From: the human T2T-CHM13v2.0 reference genome, Homo sapiens
DNA length: 64,000 nt
Assembly (NCBI RefSeq): GCF_009914755.1
Contig: NC_060926.1
Strand: one strand, 5' to 3'
Shown here in pieces: positions 58,623 through 64,000 of the stretch. The position numbers were made by a program, and so were the translations under genes. Numbering within the stretch: the stretch's first letter is position 1; the number at the start of each line of letters is the position of its first letter. The notes beneath the pieces were generated by a model, which was not told where the DNA came from, ran no database searches, and saw only the letters and a program-made list of their open reading frames with translations.

Positions 58623-60671
58623 AGACAAGTCTTTATGCAGAAAAACTAATAGCATCTGCATATTTGAGTATTCCCTTGTGTGATTCCAGGCCATTTGTGA
58701 AACTTCAAATAAAACTGTCTTGAAAATGCATGGGCGTCACTTCTTCTATCCAGAAGTAATTTTTATCTGTTCCCTTTGTTACTTATATCTGTTTATTAGT
58801 AATTAAACTTATAAAAGGGCCCTTAAGTCTAGAAATCTAATATAACCATAGATTCTTTTTACTTTATAAATAAAAAGACCTGCTGAAATAATAAGGTGAG
58901 ATTAATTCTTTTCAAAGCCTATATCATGGTTTATGATCTAAATATATTTTAAACAACCTAGTCCTAAATTTTTCATTTACTTTTAACACTCATGTGCATT
59001 AAATATAACCCAAATGATTTATTTATTTCTAGATTGCCAAATGTGAAGATAATACCATAAGCTTACAACTCTCTAATCTAAAATGTGGACATCTCTAGAT
59101 AGAGTCTAAGTATGGCACTTTGCACAGCGTATTTCTTGGTAAAGATTTAAGCAATTGTTGAAGATCTGTGCTGTCTCCTTTCTAGTCCTCACAGCAACTC
59201 CTACACAGTGACTACTGAGTAGTACTCCTTTGTGTTAGCAGCTGGCTTCCTTATTTCAATATATTTTAAGAAACCTCTAAGTTGCAAACTAAAGCCCTAT
59301 TAAGGCATTCCTCAAATTCTTTTTGACTAATCTAAGATCTAGTTTCAACATGACATAACTTTTCTTTGTCATATACAAGTCAGATATTAAATGAACACAA
59401 AATGAATTTCCAAAAATAATTTATAAAAGATATTGGCATTTTTATAGGACCACTTCTTGTATAAAGGTATTTAACTCGACACTTAGTCTTCTGACCTATA
59501 ATATGTAACAGCAGGATTTTTTAAAAGTTGTTTTTAAGCAGGCACGGAGTCCAACTTATTTAATAACTCATTTAGCACAGAGATCTACCATTCAGAATGG
59601 ATGCTGGTGGTCATAACACTGGACCAGGTCCTGAACTGCTCCTTCATGCTCCTTATTAGTTTCTGGATAATGGGAGGCCTGGGTGAATTGCAGGGATTCA
59701 ATGGAATGGCAGTACGGGGCACTCAGGTAATTGAGGCAATGGCTATTTATCAATTATTTAGATTTTTGCAATAATTTAACAACTGTGCATAGTTAGTGGT
59801 ACACATTCATATAAAATAAGCCCTGTGGTAAGCCTTTTTGTTACTTTTTTTCTTCTAGAAAAGAAATGGACGATAAAGACAATTGAACTAAGAGCCGTTT
59901 CACTTTGAGGAAGAGAGTATCCTATTTCACAGTGTTCTCAGGGATTAGACATAATCAATTTAAGCAAGGCCTGAAGCTTCTGCAATTGAGGAAGAAAATG
60001 CTTTTTAAGAAAAAAACATATTTCTTATGCAAATTTTACAAAAAACAATAGGACTATATGAACACATTTCTAGAGTTCCTCCCAGAGGACCTAAAGCTCC
60101 AACTTCATTATCATCACTAAATCCTCCTCTGCTGATTGTCCAAAAGAAACTGCACAACTGATTGACTCTTTCAAAGATTCTCCTGTGCCCAAAATAAATT
60201 TTAACCCTAGCAAACTGAGAAATTTATTAAAATCCAGAATTAACATTGCACGTCACATTAACTGTGTTTTTATATAGTAAACAGGAAAATAAATAGGTCA
60301 AGGCTGAAAATGAGATAATATATGCTTATTTTCTGATCCTACTCAATCGTTTTCAACTTGGCCAAAGATTATTCTTATAGCTTAGAATGGGGAACTCTAT
60401 AGCACCCATAAGGCTGTCTCTTTCTCCCTCTGAAGTCTGTGTTTGAAATTCTTTCCTTATACAAATTGCTATGGACTCACTTCAAGCACCAAACTAAAAT
60501 TCAGCTTTCTCTCGCCATCAGGTGGATCTCTTGATATGACTTGCTGGTGGGTGAGGGTGATTTGTCTGCTTTCATCTGAAGGAGGAGGACTACTATTTTG
60601 ACATCCGGAATAAAGATTAGGAGGGTGAGGAGATGACTATAACATTGGCCTCCTGTCAATGCTTATAAAAT

Positions 60672-60817
60672 AGAAGTTCTCAACCCTCATAGCACAGTAG
60701 AATCAACTGATGCTAGGGCCCATCCAGACAGATTAAACCAAAATCTTTGGGGTTGAGGCAGCAGCACTTTTAAAGGAGTAACTTAAAGTAGGTGATTCAA
60801 GGTGAGAAACACCACTA
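60672..60817. mobile_element. MER5-like hAT DNA transposon fragment
   Basis: gttctcaaccct...gtagaatca...gatgctagggcccatccagacagattaaaccaaaatctttgggg...ggtgattc. Confidence 0.6.
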
Positions 60818-61463
60818 TAAATTTATAGTACAAGCAAATAAAGTCAAAAGCTAAAACAGCAACAACAACAACCAACCTTTGTTTCATAAGGGAGTATTTG
60901 AGACAGAACAGGCATAAGGAGTGTTACTTAAGTCTCTAAAACAAAGTCTAATCAAGTAAGGTACATTCTTTGGTACGCTGGACCAGGCAGCTATGAAAGT
61001 TCAAAGAGAGTGAACACATGGAGTGAGCATGGGTGTTTTGCAGCAAGCAGCTGCAGGCAGAGCACTGACAAGCAGCCCTTCAGGCAAAGGGGAGTCCGAA
61101 GAGCACAGAGTGATCAAGACAGTGTTCAGGGCATGCACCCACAGACTCTTCTGAGGCACACATGAGACATACCTTCCCCCAGGGAGGCTGAAGACTTAGG
61201 TGAGAATTTGCAGAGTCTTAAAAGTGCCAGCCACATCGCAAGGGGAGAAGGAAAGCCAGTGAAATTTGAGCTATTGATCCTGTTACCAAAGTGGCGATAC
61301 TCTTCAATAATTGGTTTATACTTTAAATACTTTTATATCTTTAACATAATATTCACTATGTGCAGGTAACTCCATTGAAAAACAAATAAGGCTATCAAAG
61401 TTGAGGGCCATCAGTAACTATGAGGCTACTGTATAATATGAACTGTCTGCATGAATAATAAAC

Positions 61464-61514
61464 TGGATGGATGGATGGATGGATGGATGGATGGATGGAT
61501 GGATGGATGGATGG
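61464..61514. repeat. (TGGA)12 microsatellite
   Basis: Direct count. Confidence 0.96.
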
Positions 61515-61667
61515 GAAAAATGCAAGAATTTGGGCAAGGACAAAGAGAGTAAGGCAAGAATCAACAGCTACAATGAAAGCTGTAGAGTAACCAGAAAGCT
61601 GATTTTTAAAAAATAGAAGCAATGAGGTGTGAAGAATAGAACTTTCATATAAAGAATCTAAACACAC

Positions 61668-61965
61668 TGCCAGGCGCAATGGCTCATACCTGTAATCCTA
61701 GCACTTTGGGAGGCTGAGGCAGGTGAATCTGTAGAGCCCAGGAATTTGAGTCCAGCCTGGGCAACATGGCAAACCCCGTCTCTATTAAAAATACAAAAAT
61801 TAGGTGGGCACAGTGTTGAATGCCTGCAGTCCCAGCTGCTCAAGAGGCTGAGGTGGGAAGATCACCTGAGCCTGGAGGTTGAGGCTGAGGTGAGCCATGA
61901 TCATGCCACTGCATTCCAGCCTGGGCAACAGAGTGAGACCCCATCTCAAAAATTAAAAAAAAAAA
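61668..61965 (+). mobile_element. AluJ
   Basis: gagcccaggaatttgag and gaggctgaggtgagccatgatc; TSD aatctaaacaca. Confidence 0.93.
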
Positions 61966-63085
61966 TTTTTTTTTTTAAATCTAAACACATTATCTAAAAA
62001 TGATTTGGAGTTTCAGACTTAAGAGCAATTATGAGAAATGAATTTGACATCAAAATCTTAGAATTGCTGAGGAATTTTAATTCATGGAGACAATGGAATG
62101 TACCAGGATAGGTATATGACTTATTCTGGAAGATACAGACTATGTGGTTGCTATGCCTCACTAAGGGGAAATATATCTGAATGGTGCATGTGAAGGAGCC
62201 ATCAATAGGTTCAAAGGCAAGGCTGGAGGAAACAGAGAAGCCAGCGCTTGCAGGCTATTGCAGAGGAAGAGAGGAACTGGTGGGCCAGGACAGGGCATGA
62301 GAGCTGAGGGGTCCTGGGAGGGTCCTGAGAGGTGTGGGGGAAAGGGAGTAAAGAAAGTAAAGAATACAGGGGTAGAGAGACCGTTTCCACAATACCCACC
62401 TCATAATTTTGCCCAAAGCCCACTTCTAAATTAAGAAGTGTACTTTTTCACATGTAAATAGAAATCTCTAGATGTTAACTTTATTTTGAGTAATATAAGA
62501 CATACTTTGAATTATAAACTTTTCAGGCATTGTCAAGTCCCCAGGGAAAATGACGCAACCTTCAATATCTTCCCTACAACAACTGCGGATGGTGAAGCTC
62601 AGAAACAATCCTTCCACAAATAGAGATAACATAGTTTCTTTTGCATTTATCTTTGGTCATTCAGCAGTTTGGAGACTTCTCAAAAGGCACTGAGGCGTTA
62701 AGAAAATCCTCTTTTCACCAAATTGCTGTTCTCCCATGAAACTTTTCTGTTCTTTTAGAACACTTTAAAATTTCCTTGTTTCAGCATGTTAAAGAAATGT
62801 GAAATTTAAGCGACTAAGTCAGCCTACTGGTTCACCAATGCAAAATTACTGCAATCTGTTTCTCAGTTTATCAGGCTCCCTAAAGACCATTAAGTCCTAT
62901 GCACAGCCATAACAGCTTCATCTTCAAATGCTCAGAAACATAGCCCAGAAATTAAAATGGGAGTTTAATTTATTCCTTCTTCTGTTCAACCCTTAATCTT
63001 TTTTCCAGTGCTTCTGCAAGCTGATTTACTTTAAATTGCAATTATCCTAAGAAGAAAATTGTAAAGGAAAAAGAACAAGGTTCTC

Positions 63086-63378
63086 AACCGGGCACAGTGG
63101 ATCACGCCTGTAATTCCAGCATATTGGGAGGCCGAGGCGGAGGGATCACCTAAGGCCAGGAGTTCAAGACCAGCCTGGCCAACATGGGGAAACCCTGTCT
63201 CTACTAAAAATCCAAAAATTAGCTAGGCATGGTGGCGGGCACCTGTAATCCCAGATACTTGGGAGGCTGAGGCATGAGAATCACTTGAATCTGGGAGGCG
63301 GAGGTTGCAGTGAGCTGCAACGCACTCCAGCCTGCGTGATGGAGCGCAACTCTGTCTCAAAAAAAAAAAAAACAAAAA
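63086..63378 (+). mobile_element. AluS with a small right-arm deletion
   Basis: Dimeric Alu; TSD-like aacaaggttct / aacaaggatct. Confidence 0.93.
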
Positions 63379-63583
63379 CAAGGATCTTTGCCATTAATTC
63401 TGCTTTCACGCTCTCCCTTTCTCATTTCCCATGTTCTATACTCCCTATCAAGCTCTGCCTTTCGAGTGTGGGGGCAGGGCAGAGTAGGGGAATCCTCACC
63501 CTACCAAAGCCTCTGATGACTCCTTCTTCCACTAAGCTCCTGCACCACTGATTATTTTAACCATTCACTTTATACTGAGCATG

Positions 63584-63760
63584 TGTATTACAGTTACTAT
63601 TACTGCGTAACAAATAACCACAAAACTTTGTGGCTTAAAACCACTTTACTATGCTCCTGGATTCTGTAGGTCAAGAATTAAGATAGCACACAGCTTATCT
63701 GTGCTCCACAGTGCCTGGACTTCTGCTGGGAATTACTCATGGGATGGAGGCTGGAGTTCT
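63584..63760 (-). mobile_element. MaLR LTR fragment (MLT1 family)
   Basis: tgtattacagttactattactgcgtaacaaataaccacaaaactttgtggcttaaaac...gattctgtaggtcaagaatt. Confidence 0.75.
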
Positions 63761-63764
63761 CCAG

Positions 63765-64000
63765 ACAGCACAACCGCTGCCATCACGCTGGCTGCAGCAG
63801 AGAAACACGGCTGGGGCTTCATGCTCCATGGAGCCAGTGAGAGCTCTGCCCCTTCTGAGTTGGGGCAGGAGCTCCGCAGGTGTCGCTGCAACTACCCAAA
63901 CCATGGCTGCAGACTCATGCATCCTGCACTCTTGGGAGCCCAGGAAGGCCCCCCCTACCCTCACAGGCTCAGAAGTGACTGCTCCCACTGCCTGGCTTTT
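63765..64000. mobile_element. ERV1 LTR, MER52-like; runs off the window end
   Basis: GC-rich gggagcccaggaaggccccccct...caggctcagaagtgactgctcccactgcctggc. Confidence 0.7.

Overview
AT-rich, CpG-depleted, non-coding primate DNA, most likely human or another ape (AluY/AluYd, an L1PA3/4-type LINE-1 and a HERV-W LTR17 are present). I recognise no cellular protein-coding gene, RNA gene or CRISPR array. The only real coding remnants are the broken ORF1/ORF2 of a 5'-truncated 5.5 kb L1 (24842-30322, -) and a HERV-L dUTPase fragment (~39.9-40.3 kb, -). The other listed ORFs come from repeats or chance. Repeats include 15 Alus, a solo LTR17 inserted inside an Alu, an MLT2A/HERV-L remnant, and old L2, MIR, L1M, MLT1, MER20 and similar fossils. 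Subfamily names were called by eye and are approximate. The most unusual signals are local rearrangements: a genomic copy templated into an AluJ, a fold-back HERV-L structure, a ~150 bp duplication of an L2 inversion junction, 125 bp x3 and 67 bp x2 tandem duplications, and small palindromes. There are also several unverified minus-strand exon-like segments and a candidate promoter near 7.8 kb. I see no convincing evidence of a new biological system.
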